Origin: an uncultured Candidatus Saccharibacteria bacterium
GTDB taxonomy: Bacteria; Patescibacteriota; Minisyncoccia; Phycocordibacterales; DATDWN01
Reading direction: 5' to 3'
DNA length: 64,000 nucleotides
Assembly (NCBI GenBank): GCA_964576615.1
Contig: CAZNUU010000001.1
Span: 95,309-159,308, forward strand
The stretch's first letter is position 1. Every line of letters begins with the position of its first letter. The notes under the pieces are model-generated. The model saw only the letters and a program-made list of their open reading frames with translations, was not told where the DNA came from and did not search any database. Both the position numbers and the translations under genes were made by a program. Shown here piece after piece: positions 48,578 to 59,358 of this stretch.

Positions 48578-49199
48578 TTTTATTTCTACTATGTCGTAAA
48601 TACTCGATGAGTAGTGGTAACTGCGAAACAAAAACAATAAGAAGTATCATGGGAGTTAAGTACCTATCTGCTCCAGGAATAGATCGGCCAAGATAATAGC
48701 CAATTGAGGTTACCCCAACTGTCCAAATAAATCCCCCTAAAATTGAATCCCGGATAAATTTACCATAAGTCATGTCAGCTGTACCGGCCAAGGTTGGAGC
48801 AAAGGATCTGACTATCGGCACAAATCTACTAATAATTATTGTCTTATCCCCGTACTTTTTGAAAAAATCTTCGGTATAGTCAAGATGTTTTTTCTTAAAC
48901 CAGTATCTATCATTTGTTTTCAATATGAAAGTCCTGATCCTCTCGCCCATTCTGTAACTAAACATAAAACCAAAAACCGCTCCTAGAAAAAAAGTGAGGA
49001 TGAGAAGAGGCAAGCTAAAGTATCCCTGGGAAGCCAGCAGCCCAGCTGCAAAAAGTAAACTATCGCCGGGCAAGAAAAAAGTGAATGGGAATGATTCAAA
49101 AAAGATAATAAGAAACAGGACTATGTAGCCCAAATAACCAAGATTTCTTATAAAATCGGTAAGATATTCCATCCGAATAATCTCAGCTAAATAATGCAT
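48570..49199 (-). CDS. dedA: DedA family membrane protein
   Basis: FFLPGDSLLFAAG and SRFVPIVRSFAP DedA motifs. Confidence 0.8.
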   Translation of the reverse strand: MHYLAEIIRMEYLTDFIRNLGYLGYIVLFLIIFFESFPFTFFLPGDSLLFAAGLLASQGYFSLPLLILTFFLGAVFGFMFSYRMGERIRTFILKTNDRYWFKKKHLDYTEDFFKKYGDKTIIISRFVPIVRSFAPTLAGTADMTYGKFIRDSILGGFIWTVGVTSIGYYLGRSIPGADRYLTPMILLIVFVSQLPLLIEYLRHSRNKNV

Positions 49200-49502
49200 C
49201 GAGCTATTTTACCATAAAATGAAGATTGTCTCGTTTTTAACAGTTTGTGCACAGCTTGTTAACAGTTAAAAGGAAAATGTTGATTGACTTTCAAAAACAG
49301 TTAATAAAAAATTAATACCGGTAGCTAGCTCTTGGAGATTCCTTAACAATTTTTTAGAAAATCCCACTTGTGCTCAGTGTTGAGCACTGAGCTAGGGATA
49401 AAAATTCAAACAATGCGGAACTCCTTGGCACTAAGAGTTACCAGCAAAAACAAAACCTCTCGTGAACTCACGGAGGTTTTGTTTTTGTACTTAAGCTGTC
49501 AC

Positions 49503-50600
49503 CTACCAGATGAAGTAGCTCCACCACGGTCGAGAGACTTGGACCGTCGCACCCGTCTGTGCATTAATCATGTATGTAACATCTGCATTAACAGGAACAA
49601 TAAATAATAGATAGCCTCTTTTTATTCCCTTGATTCTATACAGATCAACCGTTGTCTCATCAGTTGTGGTAGCTTTAAATTCTGTAACAACACTAACTTC
49701 CACATTCTTATCCGGTAAAGTCACTTTCTGAATTAGACCCTTTGGCATAGGTAAAATAGATGAGTTAGTAGAACTGCTCATTTCGCAACTATTGCCGTTA
49801 CAAACTTTACAGTTCTCTGAGCCTAGCGGACAAACTGTTACTGTGCCAGAAATTTTAATGACACCATTTAAAGCTGCGCTACCCCCCGAACTCGAGTTAT
49901 ACCCGTAGCTGTTTTTTACAACCGTAAAAACAACCGTGTCACTTGTAATAGCAGTTACTTTTATATCTACACCGTAAACATTAGTAGTCTGACCCTCTGA
50001 GACCTCAATAATTCTAACTGGTGCATTCATCATAGGACATGGGGTGATGGATGTATTTGATGTTCCTCCGTTTTGTGTGCTTGTAGTTTTCAGACCACAT
50101 CCACTATTAATGCTTACATTTAAAACTGCCGTAGAATCCTTAATATTGTCTAAGGTTACTGTCATATTTGTACCATCTATCTTTATACTATTGTGCAATT
50201 TCAAGGTGTACTCGGCTTGAGCTGGCGCAGGAGCGGGCTCCGGCTCGGGTGGAGTTACTTTAATTGTAATCATTGAATCGGTAATCGAGACCACATGAAT
50301 TTTGTATCCAGCAATTTCTATATCCTGATTCACTAAAAACTTATAATTTTGAATTTTGCTTGGCATGGCTGAAAGTAACGGACAAGGTTTTGTGCCTGAA
50401 CAATCCGGACCAGAAACAACTGACACGTTCGCTACTCCCGATGAGATACTATTTAAAGTCACAGAAACAGAGATTATGGAATTACTGGTTAGTTTTACCG
50501 TTTCTCCAACCGCCATTGAATACTCCCCGTTTGCAGTAATGGTTGATGCCGAAGCTAAACTAGCACTCAATAATATGGCTAAGAATAAGACTTTTTTCAT
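49503..50600 (-). CDS. Secreted Ser/Thr-rich hypothetical protein
   Basis: Signal peptide MKKVLFLAILLSASLASA. Low-complexity mature region. Confidence 0.55.
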   Translation of the reverse strand: MKKVLFLAILLSASLASASTITANGEYSMAVGETVKLTSNSIISVSVTLNSISSGVANVSVVSGPDCSGTKPCPLLSAMPSKIQNYKFLVNQDIEIAGYKIHVVSITDSMITIKVTPPEPEPAPAPAQAEYTLKLHNSIKIDGTNMTVTLDNIKDSTAVLNVSINSGCGLKTTSTQNGGTSNTSITPCPMMNAPVRIIEVSEGQTTNVYGVDIKVTAITSDTVVFTVVKNSYGYNSSSGGSAALNGVIKISGTVTVCPLGSENCKVCNGNSCEMSSSTNSSILPMPKGLIQKVTLPDKNVEVSVVTEFKATTTDETTVDLYRIKGIKRGYLLFIVPVNADVTYMINAQTGATVQVSRPWWSYFIW

Positions 50601-50671
50601 ATTTTTAATTAATAGCTAAATTATGAAGACGGTTAAAACTCTGGGCTCTTACACCTGGATTATACAACATG

Positions 50672-53428
50672 TCAAGGTCTGGGTGTGAGTTTGTCATTAA
50701 TTTCTGCTCTTGTTATAGGACCTAGATTGCCATAACCATTGGTTGAAGGTGAACCTGAGCAAATTGAAAGTTTGTCACATTGGAACTTTTGGAGAGCGAC
50801 TCTAGTTAAATTGCCGAAATAAGTTGTTTCATTGCCAGCAGAGCCTGGGCCAGATTGTGAGATAGGGTAATTTAGATAGTTTAAGGCTTGTTGGAGATAT
50901 TCAACTTGAATGTCATCTGATCCTGGAGAAAGATTCGTGGTTAGCTGGGATACCAAGTTGTTATTTGTTGACACAATGACTTGTGGATCAGACTCCACAA
51001 TGGATTGACCTAAAACGGCAGCCGCAGTTGTGCTGGAGGGCTTAACTATGATTGTTAGTATATCTTCGCCGGGCGATGTCGCGTTAAGATTATTCATTAC
51101 CACTGCTTGTGTATAAGTGCCAGGTGTAGTTGGAACACCGGAAATAATACTCTGCCCATCAAAAGATAGACCAGGCACATTAAATGAACCAGATTGTAAA
51201 TTGGGGGCAAAAATAGAAAATCTAACCTCGCCAGGTCTTGCTAGTCTCTTTTGAATGGAGGCTTTTAAGGAATACTGGAATTGCTGGCCAATTATGCCAG
51301 TTGCAGTTCCGGGGCTAGATAACCTTGGCACACTTGGGTCATTGGAATTAACCCGAAGGAATACATGGGGGCCAAAACTAGGGCCACTTTTATTGAATGC
51401 AAATGGCTGGAAAGACCAGTCTCCGCCTAGTCCAGATGCAACCCTTTCAGGGGTGGCAACAATAGTACCAGAGACGATACCTGTTATTTTGTTTACAGAT
51501 AAACCACTAAAAGCACCATTCTCAATATTATCCACCAGAACATCATATGATGTGGGATCTTTCGTCCCGATTATTTGATAACTAAAAGGCAAACCTATAG
51601 TACCCACAGCAATTAACGGACTTGTTATGACAGGTACAAATGGAGAGGAAGTACCAATTATCAAATCAAAACTGCTTAAACCTACCACATTACCTAATGA
51701 ATCCTTGACATTTACAATAATTGGAAAAATTCCAGCAACGGTTGGAGTGCCAGAAATTCTGGCTGAGCGGCCACAGGGCGCGGCAAAACATTGGATATTA
51801 GTGAGTATAAGCCCAAAAGGTAAACCCCTGGAAACACCCCAAGTGTAAGACTCGGTAAAACTACCACCTGAAATTGACATGTTTATATCATAGAACTGCC
51901 CGACCTTACCATTTGGTAGAGTTGAGTTATCAATTGAGACAGACGAATTAGATATGGTAATATTTTCAACCGCCACAGCATTTGTATTACCAACAGCGTC
52001 ATGAGCGGTTGCGGTGATCCTGTGAACTCCATTTGAGAATTGTCTTGAATCAAAAGTTATTGAGTATGGGGGAGATGTAAGGGTCGGACCTATTTGGACA
52101 CCCTTTGAACCATCCAAACGAAACACTACATCCTTTACACCTACATTATCTGTAACATTGGCCGTAACTGCGACACTCGATCCGATAATGGTTGTGCTGG
52201 CAATAGGTGCTGTTATTAAAATTTGAGGTGGGATGGTATCAGTGAGGGGCTGCATTAATACTATCTCTGACAGAAATGTCCACCACCAGTTGTAGACTCT
52301 TAATACAGGCTGTGTACAATTGGCTGGCAAAGGAGAGAGAACAATTTGATAAAGACCATCCTGAGTAGCGGCAGGTACATTCCAAATCATAGTCTGGTTA
52401 TTACATGTAACTGACGCTTTAGTCATCATTTTTATTCCAGAGCCATTTGAAACCAAGGTGTGTAAAACTAAACTAGTTACCGGCTGTAAACTTGCTGGAG
52501 TAATGGTTGCATCAAAAATGCCAGGGGCTTGGCCGACAATACCAACCCAATTTGGATCTCTAAAATCCATACTGGCAAATTTTCCATCATTTAGTTCCCC
52601 ACCAGAATCTGGATAACTGGGATGAATACCGGGAGAACCTATTGAATACGAAAATGGTGCACGAGGTACAGCTTCATAGCCATGCACATATTCTATATTC
52701 ATAAAATCTGGCAACACAGCATTAGCAATACTTCCAGCAAATGTACCCACTTCATCGGTTAAGAGCAAATAACCAGGAGTTTGGGCAATACCAGGACCGT
52801 TGTAAGAAAAGGTATTGGAGCCATCGACATAATAATCATACTGAGTTGGCTGCCAATTTATGCCAATCTCATGGTAGTTTCCGTCGTTGACTACAACATT
52901 ACTTGTCTTATTTGCTACTTGTTTAGTAACAAACCGATCAAAGATGGTACCTTGGCCAATTGTATTGTTTGCAAAATTCTCAACCATATCAACTTCAGCC
53001 GTATCTGCTAACATCCAAAATCCACCCCAATGACCGATTGGGGTATTAAATTTTATCTTTGAACTAAAATATCCAAACTTTGCATTAAATTTTCCATTTG
53101 TATCTATAGCTCCACTTCTATAGGCCGGGATTGAACTATCTAGGTCTGTTTTCAGGCTAAGCTGCCCGGAATTATTTAACGAGGCATTATCTTGCCACCA
53201 CCATCCTGGGGGAGTAGTCTCGTTTCTTCTTAAATAATTTCCCAGTTTATTCCATTTTGATTCATCTAAGACACTTCCATCAAAATCATCATTAAAATTT
53301 AATTGCCAGACTTTATTTATGGGCGAATCAGGTAATTTTTCTTGAGGAATAACCTGGGCTAGATTTACTGCAAATATTACGCCTGGAAATAAAACGAGGA
53401 CAATTGCAATTAGAAATTTTGTTTTCAT
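50672..53428 (-). CDS. Large surface protein: GH16-like glycoside hydrolase domain, Ig-like repeats and C-terminal peptidoglycan-binding domain
   Basis: Signal peptide. EVDMVE matches the GH16 E-x-D-x-x-E catalytic motif. C-terminal TRVALQKFQ...GYGNLGPITRAEI resembles PG_binding_1. Confidence 0.75.
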   Translation of the reverse strand: MKTKFLIAIVLVLFPGVIFAVNLAQVIPQEKLPDSPINKVWQLNFNDDFDGSVLDESKWNKLGNYLRRNETTPPGWWWQDNASLNNSGQLSLKTDLDSSIPAYRSGAIDTNGKFNAKFGYFSSKIKFNTPIGHWGGFWMLADTAEVDMVENFANNTIGQGTIFDRFVTKQVANKTSNVVVNDGNYHEIGINWQPTQYDYYVDGSNTFSYNGPGIAQTPGYLLLTDEVGTFAGSIANAVLPDFMNIEYVHGYEAVPRAPFSYSIGSPGIHPSYPDSGGELNDGKFASMDFRDPNWVGIVGQAPGIFDATITPASLQPVTSLVLHTLVSNGSGIKMMTKASVTCNNQTMIWNVPAATQDGLYQIVLSPLPANCTQPVLRVYNWWWTFLSEIVLMQPLTDTIPPQILITAPIASTTIIGSSVAVTANVTDNVGVKDVVFRLDGSKGVQIGPTLTSPPYSITFDSRQFSNGVHRITATAHDAVGNTNAVAVENITISNSSVSIDNSTLPNGKVGQFYDINMSISGGSFTESYTWGVSRGLPFGLILTNIQCFAAPCGRSARISGTPTVAGIFPIIVNVKDSLGNVVGLSSFDLIIGTSSPFVPVITSPLIAVGTIGLPFSYQIIGTKDPTSYDVLVDNIENGAFSGLSVNKITGIVSGTIVATPERVASGLGGDWSFQPFAFNKSGPSFGPHVFLRVNSNDPSVPRLSSPGTATGIIGQQFQYSLKASIQKRLARPGEVRFSIFAPNLQSGSFNVPGLSFDGQSIISGVPTTPGTYTQAVVMNNLNATSPGEDILTIIVKPSSTTAAAVLGQSIVESDPQVIVSTNNNLVSQLTTNLSPGSDDIQVEYLQQALNYLNYPISQSGPGSAGNETTYFGNLTRVALQKFQCDKLSICSGSPSTNGYGNLGPITRAEINDKLTPRP

Positions 53429-53447
53429 ACTTTGGGTTTATTATTTT

Positions 53448-53840
53448 CTATTTTTTCTCCTCTAAATCTAGGCAAACTGAATTCAAACAATACCTCTTCT
53501 TGGTTTTAGTTGGACCATCATCAAAAACATGCCCAAGGTGTGAACCACAATTACTGCAGATAATTTCGGTCCTATGCATACCCATTGATTGATCTTCCTT
53601 GAGTTCCACTGCTCCAGGCAAAGCCTTGTCGAAGGACGGCCAGCCTGTACCGGAATCAAATTTAGCATCCGAGGAAAAAAGCTGTTGTCCGCAAACCTTA
53701 CATTTATACATCCCTTCCCGTTTATCGTGCAGCAAGTCCCCCGAGAATGGAGCTTCAGTTCCCTGTTCGCGTAAAACATGATACTCCTCTGGGCTTAACT
53801 TCTTTTTTAACTCTTCCTCGCTTACTTTCATTTTGCTCAT
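53448..53840 (-). CDS. msrB: Peptide-methionine (R)-S-oxide reductase
   Basis: CxxC pairs with GTGWPSF and RTEIICSNCGSHLGHVF. Confidence 0.9.
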   Translation of the reverse strand: MSKMKVSEEELKKKLSPEEYHVLREQGTEAPFSGDLLHDKREGMYKCKVCGQQLFSSDAKFDSGTGWPSFDKALPGAVELKEDQSMGMHRTEIICSNCGSHLGHVFDDGPTKTKKRYCLNSVCLDLEEKK

Positions 53841-53860
53841 ATTATTTTTTTATCCGCACA

Positions 53861-54127
53861 CTAATTCTCGTTTTGCGCTAGTGTACTTCTTAACCTACTT
53901 TTTAATTGGTTCCTGGCTTGTCCTCTTAATTTTAACATCTTTTCCCTCCTACGCGCATCATGCTCTGCCTTATATGCTTCGTAATAAATCAAATTATATG
54001 GTCCTTTGAGTCTGGTAGACTCGACCTTACCCTTATTATGTTCTATCATCCTTCTCTTTAAATTATTGGTAGAACCAATATAGAATTCACTCGACTTAGG
54101 ATTATTTAGAACATAGACATAGAACAT
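53861..54127 (-). CDS. GIY-YIG nuclease superfamily small protein
   Basis: FYVYVL...YIGSTNNLKRRMIEHN matches the GIY-YIG motif. Confidence 0.8.
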   Translation of the reverse strand: MFYVYVLNNPKSSEFYIGSTNNLKRRMIEHNKGKVESTRLKGPYNLIYYEAYKAEHDARRREKMLKLRGQARNQLKSRLRSTLAQNEN

Positions 54128-54140
54128 AATAAAACGAGAT

Positions 54141-54689
54141 TTAGTGTGCGGATGAATTATCTTTTAATAAATCCGCGTATTCCTTCTGCACCTTCTCCAA
54201 TTTCGGGCTTATCACCAACTGACAATAGGCTGCATCAGGATTTTTAGCATAATAATCTTGATGATAATTTTCAGCCACATAAAAAACATCTAATGGCAGG
54301 ACCTCCGTAACGACTGGTTTACCTTCCTTAGTAGAACTATTGAGTTCTTTTATAAAATCTTCTGAAATCTTTTTTTGCTCGGGAGTGGTATAGAAAATTG
54401 CTGACTTGTATTGAGTTCCGACATCATTACCTTGCCGATTTAAAGTTGTCGGATCATGGGAAGCAAAAAAAATAGTAAGGAGTGTTTTATATTGAACCTT
54501 AGTTGGATCAAATTCAACTTTTACTGATTCTGTATGACCAGTTGTACCAGTGCTAACTTGTTCGTAAGTAGGATTTTTGGTTGTACCCCCCGTATACCCC
54601 GGCAAAACACTAGAAACACCCTTTAGCATCTTAAAAACAGCCTCGGTACACCAAAAACAACCACCCCCAAAAACTGCTGTCTCTTTCAT
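54141..54689 (-). CDS. msrA: Peptide-methionine (S)-S-oxide reductase
   Basis: GGGCFWCTEAVF active site. Confidence 0.9.
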   Translation of the reverse strand: MKETAVFGGGCFWCTEAVFKMLKGVSSVLPGYTGGTTKNPTYEQVSTGTTGHTESVKVEFDPTKVQYKTLLTIFFASHDPTTLNRQGNDVGTQYKSAIFYTTPEQKKISEDFIKELNSSTKEGKPVVTEVLPLDVFYVAENYHQDYYAKNPDAAYCQLVISPKLEKVQKEYADLLKDNSSAH

Positions 54690-54715
54690 GAAATTATTAT
54701 AACACTAAAACGAAC

Positions 54716-54867
54716 CATGTCGTGAAGAAAGCCTTGGGAGCGCACTTTCGCGAACACGAGGTGAGAAGCGAAGCTTCGCAAGACCTTGAGCACGTAGTAG
54801 CGAAAGGTGTACAGCTTCTGTAAGAAGACTTTCAGCAGAAATTTATCCGTGCTTTCTTCACGACATG
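54716..54867 (+). repeat. Structured repeat, copy 3 (modules A-B-C, 152 nt)
   Basis: Outer arms CATGTCGTGAAGAAAGC and GCTTTCTTCACGACATG are perfectly complementary over 17 bp. Compensatory changes relative to copy 1. Confidence 0.6.
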
Positions 54868-54879
54868 GTGAGTACACTC

Positions 54880-55845
54880 TTATGCAATCAAAAGCGGTGC
54901 AAACAGAATTGACTGATATATATACAAAAGACCCAAGATAATGACTAGTAGCCCTATGCCAAGGAAAATCATTCTAGGATGTTGTAGCTTGATCTCAATA
55001 AATATCATTAAGATAAGACCTAAGACAATTATGAATGAGAGAATGAAGTAAATAAAGCTTAGTGACTCATCTGGATTAGTTAAAATCTTTTGCCAGGCAC
55101 TTGAATATTTTGAAGTTGGAGTGTTGGTCGAGTTAGCTGATTTTTTACCGACAGCGATGAACAATTCATTGGTGGATGTCGATTCAGCCAAAACAACTTG
55201 AGTGGTTGTAGCCGGTTTTGAAACTGTAGTTTTCGGAGGCTTTACCGTGGTAGTCGGTTTAACTACTGGTAGCACAACCTCTTGTTCTGCAGGTGTACCG
55301 AACAATTCCACAACAAAAACAGTGTGTCTCCCTTGATAGACTCCTTCCGCAGTAGCAATACCAATTTCGGTGAAATTTTCATTCATTATGTTTGCTCTGT
55401 GCCCTGGAGAATTCATCCAGGCCTGATTTACTTGAGAGGAGTCATCAAAGTTAACTGCCAGGTTTTCACCGGCATAACTGAAATCATAACCAACCTGTCT
55501 AAACCAATACCAAGGGTTTCGCCCCTCTGGAGAAGTGTGCGCAAAATAACTTTTTTCAGCCATGTCATTGGCTTTAAGCTGAGCTGCTCTCTCCAAGGTA
55601 GAATTTATTGCGAGCTGTCTGTAATTACTTGTGGCTCTGTCTTCGTTTGCATAATCGACAAGAACCTTAGGCAAAACTAGGGCAGTTAAGTTTGTTCTGA
55701 CTAGAATTACCCTATTAGACAGAACCGCAACAAAAGCGACAATAACCAGTGAAAGAAGTCCTAAGACTCCTGCTTCTCGGAATAGGTGGGGTTTAAAGTC
55801 GTTTTCCTTGTGAGGGATGAAGTATTTCTTAAACCACTTTTTCAT
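54880..55845 (-). CDS. CAP (SCP/PR-1-like) domain protein with C-terminal membrane anchor
   Basis: YFAHTSPEG and SPGHRANIMN CAP motifs. Pro/Thr linker and C-terminal hydrophobic helices. Confidence 0.75.
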   Translation of the reverse strand: MKKWFKKYFIPHKENDFKPHLFREAGVLGLLSLVIVAFVAVLSNRVILVRTNLTALVLPKVLVDYANEDRATSNYRQLAINSTLERAAQLKANDMAEKSYFAHTSPEGRNPWYWFRQVGYDFSYAGENLAVNFDDSSQVNQAWMNSPGHRANIMNENFTEIGIATAEGVYQGRHTVFVVELFGTPAEQEVVLPVVKPTTTVKPPKTTVSKPATTTQVVLAESTSTNELFIAVGKKSANSTNTPTSKYSSAWQKILTNPDESLSFIYFILSFIIVLGLILMIFIEIKLQHPRMIFLGIGLLVIILGLLYIYQSILFAPLLIA

Positions 55846-55924
55846 TGTGTAATATTATATAACAAAAACGGGAATATTACAAGCATAACTAAAAACCCTG
55901 GAAACTCCAGGGTTTTTAGTTTAT

Positions 55925-58900
55925 TTACTGTGCGTTAGGGTTCTTTGACCAAGGTACAAGTGGTGGAAGTTTTAAGGCTAGATCTGGACACTCTAGATTG
56001 TTGATTTGTCGTAGTGTCGAAAGATAAATAATTCCAGTTGGCTTACTCTCACCCCAAGGCCTTAGAATTTCATCTGAATATTTTGCTTGGAATGCGAGAG
56101 CCACGTTATAAGTTTGTGACCCGTAAAAACCAGTTATTGGTAAGGCTGATTTCATCCATTTATTTAGGAAAGTCTGAAGTTTCTTAACTTGAGTAATGTT
56201 GTTTTTACTTGAACCAAGTCTTACGTGCTTATCCATATAAAGTCCACACGATTCTCCCAAGACCTGACCTAAAACCTGACCTCCACCATTGTTTGGTACA
56301 AAAGTAGAGATTGGACCATTGCCACCGCCTCCTCCGCCATATCCACCTTGTGAGTAAACTGGAGGCGCTGGAGGATTGTCGTTATTTGTAATTGTACATG
56401 TCTTGTTATCACCTGCAGCTAAAGTTACGCTCCCATTTGAGTCACAGTCACCGCTAAACGAGCCGGTGTAGCTAGGATCTGAAACCTCTGCCACAGCATG
56501 GACTCCTACTGTCGAAGTTGTTGCAACGCTAGATGAGGCTAGGACGCCATCGATATAGAGTGGGAAGTCCGAAACAACCTTAGTTCCACCATTATCATTT
56601 ACCACAACTTTTGTGACTGTAAGTTTTGGTAAGAAAGCGGAACAATCTGGATCGTTAAGATCAACTAACCCGTCACCGTCATTATCTTGACCATCTGTAC
56701 AAAGCTGCAATGTAGTTTCATTACCTTCGCTTTGAGCATTTGGGGTATAAGAGTCAGGATTATTTGCATCTTTATCGCTGTGACAACCTGGGTCATGGGA
56801 GTCGATTAGCTGGTCTTGATCGTTGTCTAAATTATCAGAGCAAGCTGGAATGTCATTGTTTGTAATTACACAAGTTGCAGAGTCCCCTAGACCAAGCGAG
56901 ATCTCGGAGCAACTACCATAAGTAGTGCTGTAACCAGGAGCTGAAACTTCACTTACGGAGTAACCTCCTGGACCAACGATTAGAACGTCCTCGCCATCTG
57001 CTTCAAAAACATAAGGATTTTCAGTATCACCATTTACTATAAATGAGAACGAAGTAGTTGCTTGAGATTTACCACTATCATTTATAAGTACTTTTTGGAC
57101 AATGAGCTTGGTTTGTTTGTCATTATTTGTAATCGTACAATTTTTTGTTTCCCCAGCAGCAATTGTTCCTGAGCAATCATCTGAGAGCACTGATGTATAT
57201 CCAGAATTGGCTACTTCCGTAATTGAATACTCGCCCGGGTTAACTGTAACTTGATTTGAGCCATCTGATTCAAATGAGATAGCATCTCCACCGTTTACCT
57301 TGAATGAGAAGTCAGATGTTGTAGCTGTACCATAATCGTCATTGATCACAATTTTATTAATAACCAACTTTGGTATGAATTGCGAACAATCTGGATCGTT
57401 AAGATCAACTAACCCGTCACCGTCATTATCTTGACCATCTGTACAAAGCTGCAATGTAGTTTCATTTCCTTCAGATGCACCGTTTGGTGTGTAGGAGTCA
57501 GGATTACTTGCATCCTTATCACTGTGACAACCTGGATCCTGAGCATCGATCAACTGGTCACCGTCATCATCTGCACCATTGGAACAGACTGGAAGTGGGT
57601 TATCGTTGTTTGTAATTGTACAAGAAACATTCTCGCCTAGACCAATGGTTAACATGTTGCCAACAAGTATTCCGCCACCATTACATGACCAAGCAGAAGC
57701 TGTGTAACCAGATGGACCTGATTCGGAAAGAGTATAGATCCCGGCGGAGAAACCTGGAGTGTTTGAAACTGATGGTCCAGGACCAGAAAATCCTGTTGGG
57801 CCGGCAGCTGTTAGTGTCCAAGCGGAAGCAGGAGTAGTACCGTTGTTGTCGTTATCATCGATTACAATCTTGTTTAAAGTAAGGGAAGGCTCATTGTCAT
57901 TGTTGGTAATCGTACAATTCTTTACATCACCCAAGTTAAGTGTAACTGAACCGTTAGCTGCACAATCACCTGAGATTGCGCCGGTATAACCAGCACTACC
58001 TTGTTCGCTTACAGTAGTGGTAGTCGCATTAAACATATTCTGAACTCCAGATAGAACTGACTGTAAACCAACGAGCAAAGTAAAGGTAGAAGTTGTAGCA
58101 GTACCTCCGTTGTTATTTACAACAACTTTTGTGACAGTAAGCTTTGCAGCTACGTCATCATTTGTAATAGTACAAATTTTTGCACCACCATTTACAACTG
58201 TTACATTTCCATTTGAGTCACAATCACCCGAGTAAGTTCCGGCATAGCCTGAGACAGAATCTTCACTAACATTGTAAGAACCGCCAGCAAGAGTATAAGT
58301 TTTACCAGTAGTTGATCCAACAGCTGGAGAACCTGTGACATCAACATTGTTTTGTTTTACATGAAGATTGAAATCTGAAGCAACTTTTGTTCCACCATTG
58401 TTGTTTGTCACAAGTTTAACAACCTTAAGTGTGCCATTCGTTGGGGCCACATCATCATTAGTTATAGTACAGGTTACTGAGCCATTTAATGGCACTGCTA
58501 TATTTGTACAATTACTATAAGAAGTGTTGTAGCCAGCTGCTGCAACTTCTGTAATGGTGTAATTACCAACTGCTACAACTAGGTGATTTTCACCGTGAGT
58601 GGAATCAACCTGAATAAATGGTGTGGATGTACCATTATTTACTTTAAATGAGAATTTGTTTGGTGTACTTGTGCCACTGTTATCATTCACCACTACCTTC
58701 TTAACAATAAGATTGCCTTGTGGTGGTACAACAACAATAGTTGTGTCAGTCGAATCTCCAGAACCTTCAGAACCAGTACACGTTTGGTGACAAATATTTA
58801 CAATTATTTTGAAACTAGATGTTGTAGCATTGGTATAAGAGTGTGTTAACGGTCCCCAATTCCAATTAAATCCTCCGCCAGAAAATGTTCCGGCTGGCAC

Positions 58901-59158
58901 AGTAACATCCGTATTAGCAGAACCATCGCCCCAGTTAACAACTAGATGCTGCGCACTTTGCTGACCCACATAGTTCGTAGAACTTGCGTTCCCACTAATT
59001 GAGAGAGGGTTAGCAGAAACTACTGGTTGATTTATCTTTACGTGATAATCCGGAGAAGCTGCGGTAGCTACAGCTGGAATTAAAGTAGCTACAGCTGGAA
59101 CTAACGAATATGGCAATACCATCGCCAATGTCACAAGTGATGTAATTATTTTTTTCAT
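55925..59158 (-). CDS. Giant surface adhesin-like protein with tandem beta-domains, Ca-binding D-x-D-x-DG repeats and C-terminal peptidoglycan-binding domain
   Basis: Signal peptide from MKKIITSLVTLAM; start chosen there. More than 8 domains each ending ...CTITNNDN. Duplicated segment CTDGQDNDGDGLVDLNDPDC. C-terminal PG-binding-like region. Confidence 0.7.
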   Translation of the reverse strand: MKKIITSLVTLAMVLPYSLVPAVATLIPAVATAASPDYHVKINQPVVSANPLSISGNASSTNYVGQQSAQHLVVNWGDGSANTDVTVPAGTFSGGGFNWNWGPLTHSYTNATTSSFKIIVNICHQTCTGSEGSGDSTDTTIVVVPPQGNLIVKKVVVNDNSGTSTPNKFSFKVNNGTSTPFIQVDSTHGENHLVVAVGNYTITEVAAAGYNTSYSNCTNIAVPLNGSVTCTITNDDVAPTNGTLKVVKLVTNNNGGTKVASDFNLHVKQNNVDVTGSPAVGSTTGKTYTLAGGSYNVSEDSVSGYAGTYSGDCDSNGNVTVVNGGAKICTITNDDVAAKLTVTKVVVNNNGGTATTSTFTLLVGLQSVLSGVQNMFNATTTTVSEQGSAGYTGAISGDCAANGSVTLNLGDVKNCTITNNDNEPSLTLNKIVIDDNDNNGTTPASAWTLTAAGPTGFSGPGPSVSNTPGFSAGIYTLSESGPSGYTASAWSCNGGGILVGNMLTIGLGENVSCTITNNDNPLPVCSNGADDDGDQLIDAQDPGCHSDKDASNPDSYTPNGASEGNETTLQLCTDGQDNDGDGLVDLNDPDCSQFIPKLVINKIVINDDYGTATTSDFSFKVNGGDAISFESDGSNQVTVNPGEYSITEVANSGYTSVLSDDCSGTIAAGETKNCTITNNDKQTKLIVQKVLINDSGKSQATTSFSFIVNGDTENPYVFEADGEDVLIVGPGGYSVSEVSAPGYSTTYGSCSEISLGLGDSATCVITNNDIPACSDNLDNDQDQLIDSHDPGCHSDKDANNPDSYTPNAQSEGNETTLQLCTDGQDNDGDGLVDLNDPDCSAFLPKLTVTKVVVNDNGGTKVVSDFPLYIDGVLASSSVATTSTVGVHAVAEVSDPSYTGSFSGDCDSNGSVTLAAGDNKTCTITNNDNPPAPPVYSQGGYGGGGGGNGPISTFVPNNGGGQVLGQVLGESCGLYMDKHVRLGSSKNNITQVKKLQTFLNKWMKSALPITGFYGSQTYNVALAFQAKYSDEILRPWGESKPTGIIYLSTLRQINNLECPDLALKLPPLVPWSKNPNAQ

Positions 59159-59358
59159 TAAAATATTGTTTGTTATTAAATAAACCCTTAATATTAGCCA
59201 CAAAATACCAATAACTAACCTTGGACCAAAACTACCACAGAAGACAAGATAAGGCAAGCCCCTCGCACTATACACAGAAAACTACTTTTTTGGAAAAAAA
59301 CCATAAAGCTGCGAGGTGTTTTTTTAAAAAAGTGGATAAGACGTGGACAAACTGTAGA

